Source: Octopus vulgaris
Taxonomy: Eukaryota
NCBI GenBank assembly: GCA_951406725.2
Contig: OX597819.1
Coordinates: 16,740,001-16,804,000 of the forward strand
Length of the DNA: 64,000 nt
Direction of reading: 5' to 3'
Below the pieces are notes generated by a model. It saw only the letters and a program-made list of their open reading frames with translations. It did not search any database and was not told where the DNA came from. The position numbers were made by a program, and so were the translations under genes. Below, in pieces: positions 40,189 to 54,114 of the stretch; positions within the stretch are counted from its first letter, which is position 1, and every line of letters starts with the position of its first letter.

Positions 40189-40525
40189 GGCGCAGGAGTG
40201 GCTGTGTGGTAAGTAGCTTGCTTACCAACCACAATGGTTCTGGGTTCAGCACCACTGCGTGGCACCTTGGGCAAGTGTCTTCTACTATAACCTCGGACCG
40301 ACCAAAGCCTTGTGAGTGAATTTGGTTGACAGAAACTGAAAGAAGCCCGTCGTATATATGCATATGTGTGTGTGTGTATTTGCATGTGTTTGTGTATCTG
40401 TGTTTGTCCCCCACCATCACTTGACAACCGATTTTGATGTGTTTACGTCCCCGTAACTTAGCGGTTCGACTAAAGGCGGTGGTCCAGCATGGCCGCAGAC
40501 AAATGACAAACAAATAAAAGAAAAA
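40189..40525 (+). mobile_element. tRNA-derived SINE, dominant family (Nin/Deu-like central domain, CR1-like tail)
   Basis: Head ggcgcaggagtggctgtgtggtaag...gggttcag, core ccaaagccttgtgagtg...gaaactgaaagaagcccgtc, tail ccagcatggccgcag. Confidence 0.85.
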
Positions 40526-41370
40526 AGAATATATATATATAGTTTCATACCTGTATTCTATACACCTACACTTAATTCTCTCCGAATCTTTGTGTGTTCT
40601 TTGATGAGTGTCTACTTACTTGTGTGTACTATTTTACAAATGTCCTGGATCATAGCCTTCCTCACAGTATGCACATATGCAGATATTGCTAGTTCAAAGC
40701 GAGGTCTAGCAATTTCCAAATTTGCTATGAGGCAACAAAGTAGATGACTTATATGTTCCTATTTAGTGATTCCGATATACCCACATACATTTAAAATTCT
40801 ACGGTGGAAGGTGTGGGCTACTGTGTCTGTGACGGTCGCTGAAGTATCACCAATTGCAGGTAAAATAAAATTTTAAACTCGTGGCATTTGGGATGTTTGG
40901 CGGAGTTGGAACGCTAACCATGAAAAAGCTCTTTATTTTTTTCTTTGAGATTTTGTCAGAAGAAAGAATCTGGCGAGAGTCTCAACAGCGTATGGCTGTT
41001 GCACCTTCTCAAACGCGTGATCGTTCGCAGCAGGTGTCGATAAAGGTGAAAAAAAAAAGAAAAAAAATACAATCCTATTTACAATATATGAATGTTATGA
41101 AGTTTAGGGCCCACTCTAATAAAACTTACCTGACTAATTACTAATCAATTGTAAACCTTATAAATTGTTTGCAGTGGGATGCACGACACCATAGAGACAT
41201 TTTCATTTCATGCATATATATATATATATACATACACACACACATTCATACGCACAAACTCACACATATAAGCATATATACGTACACATTTATACACGTA
41301 CATACGCATGCATACACATATGCTCAAATGTGTCTTCAACTCTCTCTCTTTCAGTATGTATATATATATA

Positions 41371-41635
41371 TCACCGTGATCACCGTGACCGACCAGGCTA
41401 TCAGATGTTGCTATACATCGCTGGTCACAATGCGCTTGTTTTAGCCGCGGGCTAAGCGAGCAGGCCAACAGAAGAAAGAGTGAGAGAAAGTTGTGGCGAA
41501 AGAGTACAACAGGGACCGCCACCACCCCCTGTAGGAGCCTCGAGGAGCTTCAGGTGTTTTCGCTCAATAAACACTCAACGCCCGGTCTGGGAATCGAAAC
41601 CGCGAGTCCGTTGCCCTAACCACTGGGCCATTGCG

Positions 41636-41639
<4 letters not shown>
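41371..41639 (-). mobile_element. tRNA-derived SINE (third family)
   Basis: Minus-strand head gaggcgcaatggcccagtggttagg...ggtttcgattccc with A and B boxes, and a short tandem tail (cacggtgat)2. Confidence 0.75.
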
Positions 41640-41695
<56 letters not shown>

Positions 41696-41896
41696 TTGTC
41701 CGTGCCTTCTTGCATATGCATCAAAGTTAATAAGCTGTTACGTTTGAATTTCGTCGTGATGCCGCCAGTCATTTAATAGCTGAGCTGTGGTACTTTGATT
41801 GAATCTGAATTTCGTGGAAATACTGACAGGCACTTTGAGTTAGTTGAATACTGAGTGGAAATGTTTAACTGAGCATATATAAATTGTGCGTGCTTG

Positions 41897-41941
<45 letters not shown>

Positions 41942-43879
41942 ATGTGTGTGTGTATTTTATTAAATGATAAAGAGGAGCATATATTTTATTCAATAAAATC
42001 TTTTTCAATATATTTGCCGCAAGTAATAACTTTGAAATTGAATATCTATCTCCCATGTATTTACTACAGATACCCACTACTATACACACACACTCATGAA
42101 CACACATTCATATGCCTCACAAGCACAAATATATATATATATATATATATATATGAATATATATGTATATATATGAATATATATGTATATATAATACACA
42201 TTATGCAATGCGTTACCCTCCAACAACAGTTATAACAACTTTTATATGAATGTTACATATTTGTATATACATGTACATAAATACGCACACATATACATGC
42301 ACATCTGTGTGCATTCACTTATATGTCCACACGCATTCAAAAGCTCACATACAGGAAGAAATGCCAATTTATGGATGTAAACACACCACATCTGATAGCC
42401 AGAGAACATCATTAACACCATAATTAATTACTAAATTAATTAATTATGAATTTAATGATCACACACACACACACACACGCAGACATACCCAAATATTTAC
42501 ATCCTATTATGCTTGATAAATAATATCAAGCATGCCAAAACATATTAACGCTCGATACAGATGTAGAGTAATGTATTTGTATTCATTAATCAATACTTGC
42601 AAATATTATATCTGAAGCTGACTATCCAGGATTTCACGGCAGATTTATGTCGAGCACTTGTGAACAATAGCCTTGTATGTTATAGATTTCCAACGTGCCA
42701 GTCATTATTTCACTCATTTCTGACAGTGAGAGGCTAAAAGTGTTTATACACCCCATATTTAAAAGTATTAATCTCTTCGACTGAGATAATCCTTGTCACA
42801 GTTTCTGGAATTTTTCCCCAAATACTGATAGACAGGTGCAGAAAGCTCTTGTTGGTCTTGGGCAGGCAAGCATGTTCTGGCTCTTGTGAAACGGTATTTT
42901 TCGTAGTACGGGTGTAGCATTGCTCTAAGGTTTGGGCCGTAGCTTGAGTATATTTCGTAGAGCTCTAACGATATATTGTAAGCTATCAAGAGCTTACAAA
43001 ATTGAAAATTTGTCTCTTGCATGACAATCTGTGGTATTTTTAGCGAGCCGTGTTCGTTCTATCTTTTCCGTATTTCAGTGATTTAATGACGTAACGTTTC
43101 CTTTCATTTTTTGTTTTGGTGTTTTAAGATGGTAGACTGTGTAATTTGAGGGCAATTTGGCCGCTATTTCTAACAGTGCAAGTGACAGCTCAGACGCTCC
43201 CTCGCTGGTTCGTGGCTCTTCATGTCGCTCCTGATGGAGCATCTCAGAAACTTATATTACGAATTAGACAAATGTGTTTGTTTCTTTAGGGAATGTTGAG
43301 TAGGAAATATAAAGGGAGTGCTACATATAAGAGAAAGCCAGCCAATTAAAGACAAGACGATAAATTGATAGATAGAACTAGAGACTGAACGATGGAGAAA
43401 GAGATCTCTCTCTAAAAAGAGATGTAAAGACAAATAGGTAGAGACGTGTAGTGAAGCAGTGAAGCTGCTGTGATGGTATAGCATCAATTTTTCATCGTCT
43501 TTTCCTCATCGTTCTGTGTGTGTGTATGTGTGTGTGTAAAATTGTGTGTATGTACGTACGCCCTCGCATGTCTATAACTATCACTCAGTTGTATGTCTGT
43601 CTTCCACGGTGCTCAAGGCGCAGGGGAATATGTGTGTGTATATATATATGTATATACATGTGTGTGTGTGTGTATATATCTGTGTTGCTATATACGTTTA
43701 GGTAATAATGTATTTATATATGTACATATTCCAAAGTGAAGCGCACGCGCGCTCTCACACACATATGTGCATATACTTGAATGTAATGGGTTTGGACGTA
43801 AATGACATCATTTCACTTGTGCACATGCAGTATATATAATATACATATGTCTATGTAATTATACATATATACAACTCAC

Positions 43880-43917
<38 letters not shown>

Positions 43918-44715
43918 GCACGATCAGGTGCGGGGGAATGTTCATTTAAATTAGAGGAGTATTTTGTAGTAAGGATGTTATGAAAGCTTGCATGATTGTC
44001 ATAAAAATATGACATGGTGATTGGAGATTTTCTGCAAAATGTTTACTGGTTTAGGGGCTGAACTGTTGAACTGGTGCTGGTCTGTGTTACTAGAACATCC
44101 GAAACAACAACCCACGAGGATGCCTCTACATGGTCGTTCGGCCACTTAGAAATAGCAGCCAAGTATCCTTAAATCAAATCCTTTCGTTATCAACAATAAA
44201 AGGAGACATTGGTCTGTGATATCCCTGATACACACGCACGTTCACGTATACGAAAGTGATGGTAGCGGTCGGAATACCTTTGATCATAGGTATATTCAAT
44301 CAGGACTGCATTGAAGCTAAACAACAACAGCAACATGCCATAAAAAGCAAAGTCCGAGAGCAGCCACATATTATATTGGTGGTAATAGTGATGAGTGAAT
44401 TGGTAGTATTCTTGTAGTGGCAGTAGTGGTGGTGGTAATGATAGTTGTCATAGAGATGTGGTGATGATACTAGAAATAAATGTAGTGGTAATAGTTATGG
44501 TTGTAGTGATGGTAGCTATAGAGTGGTAGTAGGAGTTAAGTGGAGTCGGTGGGTGATATAAATTATACAGAAGTGGTGGTGTTAGTTTTGGTAGCAGAAG
44601 TGGTGACGGTAGTAGTAGTAGTAGTATCTTTAATGGTAATAGTGTAGGTAGTGATTTATATGGTAGTATTTTTTCTAATATAGAACAAAGTAAAGCAGAG
44701 CGAAGATCAACTTAC

Positions 44716-44797
44716 CGAGATCGTTTCGTAGCTGGGTCCTTCATCACCATTGCTTCTTTTATCTCTCCGAACTTGCCAAAATACTCCCTGAGGCCAT
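44716..44797 (-). CDS. msi: Musashi-family RNA-binding protein, internal exon (RRM1; (D)[27 protein letters not shown])
   Basis: 82-nt exon flanked on the minus strand by acceptor ...ccctacag| and donor |gtaagt. The translation matches Musashi RRM1. It ends in split codon CG, which is completed by the A of the next exon. Confidence 0.93.
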
Positions 44798-44885
44798 CTG
44801 TAGGGTGAGAGACGGAGTATTCTGTTATGTATGTTTGTATATATGTATTGTAAATGTTTGTTTGTGTGTGTGTATACACACATGC

Positions 44886-44916
<31 letters not shown>

Positions 44917-45495
44917 CGTACATATGTATATATATATATGTATATATACGTACATGTGTATATATATATATGTATATATACATACATGTGTATATATATA
45001 TATGTATATATATGCATATATATATACACACACACACAGATATGTGTGTGTGTGGGTGGGTGTGTGCACACGCGCACATGTGTGTGTGTGTGTGCACATG
45101 CGTACATGTGTGTGTGTCTGTGTGGGTGTCTAAACACGCGTACACGTGTGTGTGTATGGAGAGACGTGGGTTTATTTTTCGCGTAAAACACCAATGCTCA
45201 ATATGTATGATCATAGTCTCGTAGAACGTAGACTGAATATACTATATATAAATATATTGCTTTTATTCATTTTGTGGTTGTAAAATACAAAAATGCTCAT
45301 TAGACCCACTCGTGTTGGAAGTACGAAAAAGTTGATGGTATCATGGTTGCCTTATGCTACATAAAAAAAGTTAGACTTATTTTTAGTCCAAGTCCGTAAA
45401 TATAAGCAGCCGATGAAAATGGCACTAACCGAAACTCAATTTGAATGATTGGATGTAACATGTTTATTATGCATACACACAGACACACACACACA

Positions 45496-45563
<68 letters not shown>

Positions 45564-45700
45564 CATACATTATATATACATACATTATATATACATATGT
45601 ATACACACATATATATGCACACATTATATATCTATATATCATATATATATATATATATACATGATATATATATATGTATATTCATTATCTATATCCTTTA

Positions 45701-46863
45701 ACTCTTTTACTTGTTTCAGGGATTCGACTGCGGTCATGCTGGCGTACCGGCTTTTAGTCGAACAAATTGACCCCAGGACTTAATCTTTGTAAGTGTAGTA
45801 CTTATTCTGGCGGTCCATTTTGTGGAACCGCTAAGTTACGTGGACGTAAACACATCAACATCAGTAGTCAAGTGATTGGGGAGTGGGGGAAAACAACCAC
45901 ATGGCTCCGGATTCAGTCCCACTGCGTGGCACCTTGGGTATGTGTTTTCTACTATAGACTCGGGCCGACCAAAGCCTTGTGAGTGGATTTGGTAGACGGA
46001 AACTGAGAGAAGCTCGTTGTATATATATGTATGTGTAGATATATGTGTGTATGGTGGTTATCTACTCATGCAGAGTTTGACCACCTCCTGTACCTACACC
46101 TTAGAACCATTATGGCATCTGATGTGACTTTTTAAACCAATGTTCTGAAAAGACATCTACATAGATTGCACCTCCGATTTGGACCACCAAGAGCTGCAGA
46201 TATTATATACATTATATATTATATATATATTATATATTATATGTATATCATATATTATATATTATATATATATATTATATATATAATATACATTATATTA
46301 TATTTATATAAATATATATATATTTATATATATTATATATATCATATATATTATATTATATATATTATATGTATTATATATATATTATATTACTCTTTAC
46401 TCTTTCACTTGTTTCAGTCTTTTGACTGTGGCCATGCTGGAGTATCGCCTTTAGTCGAGCAAATCGACCCCAGGATTTATTCTTTGTAAGCCTTGGACTT
46501 ATTCTGTCGGTCACTTTTGCCGTGTGTTTACTGGGACGTAAACACACCAGCATCGGTTGTCAAGCGATTTTTTTTGAGGGAGGGGGCGCACACAGAGACA
46601 CAAACATATACATATGTACGACGGGCTTCTTTCAGTTTCCGTCTACCAAATCCACACACAAGGCTTTGGTCGGCCCTAGGCTATAGTAGAAGACACTTGT
46701 CCAAAGTGCCACGCAGTGGGACTGAACCCGGAACCATGTGGTTCTTAAGTAAGCTACTTTCCACTCCTACGCCTCCAATATATATGTACTATATATATAT
46801 TATATATATCGTATATATATATTTATATTTTATATATCATATATATATATTTATATTTTATAT

Positions 46864-46903
<40 letters not shown>

Positions 46904-47300
46904 CATATATATTCTTTCTTTCTTTTACTTGTTTCAGTCATTTGACAGCGGCCATGCTGGAGCACCGCCTTTAGTCGAGTAAATCGACCCCGGGACTTAT
47001 TCTTTGTAAGCCCAGTACTTATTCTATCGGTCTCTTTTTGCCGAACCGCTAAGTGACTGGGACGTAAACATACCAGCATCGGTTGTCAAGCAATGCTAGG
47101 GGGACAAACATAGACACACAAACACACACACACATACATATATATATATACATATATACGACTTAGCGGTTCGGCAAAGACACCGATAGAATAAGCACCA
47201 GGCTTAAATGTCGGTACTAAGGTCGTTTCGTTCTGCTAAAAGTTCTTGAAGGAGATGCCGGAGCATGACTGCTGTCAAAGGACTGGAACAAGAGATAAGA
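45701..47300. mobile_element. Cluster of at least five dominant-family SINE copies or fragments in both orientations
   Basis: Approximately 45701-45885 (-), 45895-46020 (+), 46393-46773 (-), 46911-47160 (-) and 47161-47300 (+). Confidence 0.8.
46063..46199 (-). mobile_element. RTE-like LINE 3' end fragment
   Basis: The minus strand encodes RCNLCRCLF...GLKSHIRCH (with a frameshift), like the C-terminal zinc finger of RTE ORFs, followed by a short 3'UTR. Confidence 0.5.
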
Positions 47301-47539
47301 AATTAAACACGCACACACACACAGAGGAACACATATATGTATGTATGGTTGAATATATATTATCATGGAATTCTTTTGAGAGTTAGGTTTACGTTCGTGT
47401 GAGATCTTTCGGGATGCATGTAAACGTAATCTAATAAAGAGGTTGTTCACTAAATATATTGGTTACTCTTTCATTGATTTCATTTGTGAATGTACACAAT
47501 GGGTGTGCATGCGTATATGTGTCTAGAATTTCATAAATA

Positions 47540-48097
<558 letters not shown>

Positions 48098-48881
48098 ATC
48101 CTTAATCCTTAAAAATGTTTCAGCCCGAAGGCTGCGGCCATGCTGGGGCACCACCGCTGAATGAGCTACACTAATATGTGAATCCACCTCTGATACGTGG
48201 CACTTGGTCAACAAGGGAGTTCGATGCCGCTGCTCGCATCTGTGTCTCCTGCCGTGAGGTAGGTTCATCTGGAACCCCCGACAAGAAGAGATCCAGTTTA
48301 GTTTTAAAGAAACCCACATCCACACCATGCAAGTCTCTCAGGCATTCAGGGAGGATGTTGAAGAGCTGTGGTCCTCTGAAACCCAAGCTGTTGCAGTATC
48401 TGGTCCTGTATTTTGAAGGTGATGTTGGAATCTTTGGCACCATGCAGTGGCGCCCCGTTCTGCGGTTGGGGTAACTTTGAATGCCAAAGTTTGGGACAAG
48501 ACCCTCCAGGATTTTCCAGATGTAAATCACCGCATATCTCTCCTGCCTTCGCTCTAGGGAGGAGAGTTTTAACACTTTCAGTCTTTCCCAGTAGCTATGT
48601 TGCATTGAGACGATCTTCTTAGTGTAGCTTCTTTGAATTGCTTCGAGTTCTGCTGTTAGCTTTATATTGTGTGGTGACCATAGTTGGGAGCAGTAGTCCA
48701 AGCGGCTGAGGACGAAAGTTTGCCACAGGACCATCAGTGTCACCTTCTTTCTTGTTCTGAAGGTTCGGAGAATCCATCCAGCTAGCCGTCTGCATTTTAT
48801 CACCAAATTAGTAAGATGCATCATTGCTCATGTCAATGCCCAGGTCACGCACGGATTTTGACTCAGGGATTGCAATTCTTC
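48098..48881 (-). mobile_element. CR1-clade LINE, 3' part of ORF2 plus 3'UTR
   Basis: [16 protein letters not shown], then LAGWILRTF...SRLDYCSQLWSP...LEAIQR...YWERLK...SLERR...GPQLFNILP. Tail ends in (aaggatt) repeats. Confidence 0.9.
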
Positions 48882-49239
48882 TGTATATATACATATATAT
48901 ACATACATATATACATATATATACATACATATATATATATATACATATATACATATATATATATACATATATACATATATATGTATACATATATACATAT
49001 GTGTATACATATATACATATATACATACATATATACATATATATATATATACATATATACATATATATATATATACATATATACATATATACATACATAT
49101 ATACATATACATATATACATATATACATATATACATACATATATACATATACATATATATACATACATATATGTATATATATATATGTACATATACACAT
49201 ATATATATATATATACACATACATACATGCACTATAAAT

Positions 49240-50165
49240 AGATGAGTGTATTTTTACCTTGTTAACAATTAACACAGAAAAATAAATAAATAGTTACCAG
49301 GGCAGCAAAATTATATCTTCTCATAATAACAAACTGTTAAATATTAATACATTTACTAATACTAACATTAATTTAGCTAATACCATCCAACCCTCTAGAA
49401 ATATTAATAACAAGGTTATTGTATCTGAAGTCAATTCCAATAGAATTAAGTTTATGTCAAGTAACTCTAAGATTAAAAATTCTATATACCAGTGTATAAT
49501 CAGTACTCGTAATAAAGTACGATTTTACATTGGGAGTACATCGTTAGAGTTATCTAAAAGAATTTCTATCCATTACTCAACATTTAGGGATAGAAATAAA
49601 CGGAATAGTACCGGTCTCAGCAAACTGATTTGGGATTTAAAAGACCAAATGAACAATTTCATTTAGAATGGTTGATCCTCTCAATTTCGATACCATATGA
49701 CAAAGGCAAGAAATTCTGTCTTCTCTGCAATTCTGAGCTATTTTTCATTATTTTTTCTAAAAATACTCTAGTAAACACGGTTATAGAGCGAGCATACAGA
49801 TGTAAGCATTGGCAAAAACATACATTTAGTGCATATAAGTAGTCTCTATCATTATATATAATTTAAACTTTAATTTCCTTTATATTTAACATTCACTATT
49901 AATATCCCTACTCTTTCTGTTAGCTACTTATGACGTTATATCATATAACGTTTTTTTAAACAATATTAATAGCGTTCTGTCTATCGCTATACAAATCCAT
50001 CATTTTTTGCTAAAATGTCTTATTGACGAGTTTTTTTGACTTTCCTGAGGAGAAGATTGCATTGTTTATACCATTTATTCTTTTGAATAGTATCAGTGGA
50101 ATTTTCGAAACATGCGTCGAAAGTAAAAATATTTGATTACACCTGCGTTAACTCCACTTTTTATT
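49240..50165 (+). mobile_element. Penelope-like element 3' part (GIY-YIG endonuclease remnant plus pLTR with hammerhead)
   Basis: SIYQC...FYIGST...KRISIHYSTF...STGLSKLIWDLK / CLLCNSE...RCKH at 49454-49842 with one frameshift. A hammerhead lies downstream. Confidence 0.85.
50039..50124 (+). ncRNA. Type I hammerhead ribozyme in Penelope pLTR
   Basis: acuuuc-CUGAGGA-gaagauu[...]aauuuuc-GAAAC-augc-GUC-gaaagu. Stem I is 6 bp and predicted cleavage is after C50118. Confidence 0.85.
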
Positions 50166-50355
50166 CATATATATATATATATATATGTGTGTGTGTATAT
50201 ATATGTGTGTATATATATATATGTGTGTGTATATATATGTGTGTGTGTATATATATGTGTGTATATATATATATATGTGTGTGTATATATATATATATAT
50301 GTGTGTGTATATATATATATATGTGTATATATATATATATGTGTGTGTATATATA

Positions 50356-50410
<55 letters not shown>

Positions 50411-50413
<3 letters not shown>

Positions 50414-50585
50414 CAAAAGTCTCCCACACAATACAAAACCCTGGAAATATTGCACATCTGCAACAGGAGTTGGATACAATATACAGGTGGGCTGAGGATA
50501 ACAACATGCAGTTTAATGCAGGTAAGTTCCAGGCCCTGCGCTACCGGCACACAAAGGTAAACGACATGCAGACTGGATACGCACA
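50411..50585 (+). mobile_element. CR1-clade LINE RT fragment (post-FADD segment), opposite orientation to 48098-48881
   Basis: [44 protein letters not shown], matching the LQxDLxxxxxWxxxxxMxFNxxK motif. Confidence 0.85.
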
Positions 50586-51077
50586 GGCACACTTTTATTT
50601 TACAAACACCTGACAATGTTATATTGCGAAGAAAACTTCGTTTTCATTAATATGTAATGCAGTAATAGCATAAGGGAAAAAAAGCCAAATTTTACTCAAC
50701 CTATCTTTAAAAAAAGCAAGGATATATCGAATCGTCCAGTAATAGTTTTCTACGTCTAGTAAAAAAAAAAAAATCCAAGAAATGAGATGGCTATGGCTGG
50801 AACGCATTTGTTCATATGTCTGTTGGATCAGGGTTAACTAGAGGTTAAATAACGATGCACTCATATACATTAGATAAAGAGACTGATAGGGATAGAAGTG
50901 CCTGTGTTTATACCCAATCTGGGACATATCAGTGGCAGTGTGGGACATACAAGAGTGTGGTGGAGGAGTATGTGAAGGTGGGACACTTGACTTTAGTTAT
51001 CAATTGACTACTGATTAACATAACCACTGTATGTTTTTCCTTTTATCACTATTGGCTGTCTGTCTCATTCTTATCAG

Positions 51078-51108
<31 letters not shown>

Positions 51109-51665
51109 TTCTTCCCCTGCTCTTGTCGGTGTTGTTCTTTAGCCAAGGGTCAGTTCTGATTGAGCAGACTTATGATCTAAGAAGTTTCTCGCTTTTTGTA
51201 TATCTAAGACTCCAGTGTTCGATGTAACTCTCCATAATATAATAGGCAGTAGGATGCGATTTCAAGGATATTTTTTACTGCTATTTCTAGCTTAGTTGAG
51301 CGATCATGTAAAATCTATCTGTTCCATTGTTGACGTTTGTGTGTGTGTGTGTGTGTGTGTGTGATAATGGCCTCAAATTTTGACACAAGGCCAGCAATTT
51401 CGGGGTTAATTCGATTACATCGACCCCAGAATTCAACTGGTACTTATTTTATCGATCTCGAAAGGATGAAAGGTAAAATCGATCTAGGCGGAATTTCATC
51501 TCAGAATGTAAAGACAGACGAAATGCCACTAAACATTTTGCCCGGCGCAGCAACGATTCTGTCAGCTTACCGCCTTCTCGTGTGTGATAATGACGTCACT
51601 GAACTGTTATGTGTGTGTGTGTGTGTGTATGAGTGAGAGAGACTAATCATACATAAATATAAATA

Positions 51666-51696
<31 letters not shown>

Positions 51697-51703
51697 AGTA
51701 CAC

Positions 51704-51823
<120 letters not shown>

Positions 51824-52446
51824 TTGTATTGTTTTATCTTTTTGTTAGGAGACAAGCCAGTGCCTATGATCGCTGAAGAGCCTCTGAAACTAAGTAGTAC
51901 CCCAAGGTACCCAAAGGTACCTGAAGGCTTGCAACAAGATGGACTCCGCTAAAAATACCTAAGATACCTTATAGTGCTGTTAAGTCGGCCACTAGATTAA
52001 GCCTACAACCCAAATAGGACATGGCAGAATTTGAACTCAGGAGGCAAAGAGCCGGAACAAATACCACAAAGCATCCAGTCTGACCGTGCACCGTTTATCA
52101 ACTCTGAAAGTTGAACGGTAAAGTTGATCTCTAGAGGACTTCGACGCTGTACCGACTCTGCTAGTTCGCATTTATGGGCATGCGGAACGAGAAAGAGACT
52201 CAATACATGGTGTAGGGTATTTATATTAAAGCTTAATGATGTCAAGCACATTTATTTTATGTGAATCTGAATTACACCAATAGGAAGAACAGACCTCAGT
52301 TAATACACTAAAAATGTGGCAATATTTTTCAGTAGTTAATTCATTATTTTATTACATGGTGTATTTGAGGATTCTTTATTCATGCACTGACTGCCTTTTG
52401 AGTAGTTGTGCTCTCGCCGCAACTAAATACCTCGCTTACCTTGTCT

Positions 52447-52474
52447 TACAACAACAACAATAACCACCACCACC

Positions 52475-52545
<71 letters not shown>

Positions 52546-52560
52546 CACCACCACCACCAG

Positions 52561-52644
<84 letters not shown>

Positions 52645-52645
52645 A
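52447..52645. repeat. (ACA)/(CCA)/(CTA)n trinucleotide repeat
   Basis: Directly visible; it is the source of the poly-Y/H/V/S ORFs. Confidence 0.97.
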
Positions 52646-52744
52646 CGCACACACGTTCTCCCTCTCTCTCACATATGCATATAGACGCAAATGATGGACT
52701 CGTATGACTGTTAATGAAAAGGTAGGATATCTTTATTACTGCTA

Positions 52745-53395
52745 TAGACTTTCTCGACTTACGACGTATGCGACTTACGACCATCCGCACTTACGACCAC
52801 AAAAAATGAAAAAAAAAAAAAAAAATTAATAAATAATCGATTTTCGGACGTTGGGCAGCTGCGCGTACGATAACGAAGGCAGCATCTGTCAACACGGGCT
52901 TCACTCAGATCCAGCCACTGTCTCTCACTCAGTCGCTTTCAAGTATCAGTTGAGTGTGGATTTGTTACAAATTGTATCTAAAATACCCCTAAAATGATTG
53001 GTAAAAGAAAAATGCCTTCATTTACAGATGCAGCAGCTAAGAAGTCAAAGGAGGGTATTAATTTAGACTGTAAAATGAAGATTATCCAGCTGTATGAAGG
53101 CGGAATGAAGGTGAATGCAGTAGCACATGACTCGGAAGTTATTGCATTCACGGTATCGACGACACTTAAGGACAAAGAAAGAATTCGTGAAACTGTGAAA
53201 GGTTCTGAAGTCTACAGTTTTAACCAGACAACGACAAGGACCCATCCATGAAATGGAGAAATTGTTATTCATGTGGATGGAAGATTTCATATCTGTTTGA
53301 ATGAAAATAGTGTTGAAAATATAAATCCAACATACGAGCAGATCGACTTACGACCTGTCAGTCGGAACAGCACTCGAAGTAGAAGGTGTAGTTGA
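52745..53395 (+). mobile_element. Internally deleted pogo/Tigger element (CENP-B-type HTH remnant)
   Basis: Repeated cgacttacgac subterminal motifs. ORF 52994-53251 has KMKIIQLYEGG...STTLKDKERI, and a shifted frame gives IHEMEKLLFMWMED. Confidence 0.75.
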
Positions 53396-53512
53396 TTTGA
53401 ACTCTCGTTAAGCTTCCTTTCGCGTAATTTATATGTCCTGGTTGGCATCGAACCAGTAACCTAGGCTTGCGAAGTGTCTGAATCACGTGTTCATATCTAT
53501 CTATCTATCGTT

Positions 53513-53600
<88 letters not shown>

Positions 53601-54114
53601 TAGATAGATATTTATAGATAGATAGATAGATAGATAGATATGTGTCAGTGTTTGTGTGCATGGATAATGACTCTTGTAACATTAAAAATGATGCTAACAT
53701 TAATACAAACTGTAGACTGTTTTGGACTCGTGACCATTGTCACAGTTTTTGAAGTTTATGTTTAGTATTCGAAGAACGGGAGATAGCTACAAAGCTTCTA
53801 ATGAATCAAAGAAACAATGAAGCTTTTAAACCCACCCAAGTTGTAACCGAAAATGCCGATTATGTCACATTTCTGTGGAAGATATTACACAGGTGATCAA
53901 CAGCTGGCCCCAAATATCACCAAAATACCAGTACGGTATAATGTTGCTAAAACAATATACAATGCCATCTGTAAGAAAGACTGACATGAAATAAATATAA
54001 TGAATATCCCTGTTATTTAATGTATACTTATACATAAACGCAAGGAATATTGGTAGAACATTTAAGAGATCTGCAAACAGAACATTTCTTTTAAAATCAG
54101 TGAGAATATGAATA

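Noticed and set aside
41580-41639. tRNA-like sequence with A and B boxes
   Set aside because: It lacks a complete cloverleaf and continues into a SINE body, so it is a SINE head rather than a tRNA gene.
42768-43022. 84-aa minus-strand ORF in non-repetitive sequence
   Set aside because: No recognisable motif or splice sites; probably an old TE fragment.
44712-45224. Long ORFs (e.g. 160 aa) overlapping the Musashi exon
   Set aside because: Only 44716-44797 is coding. The remainder is (TA)/(CA) microsatellite read-through.
51868-51905. CTGAAGA-gcctct-GAAAC-taa-GTA hammerhead-like core
   Set aside because: Stems I and II do not pair convincingly.
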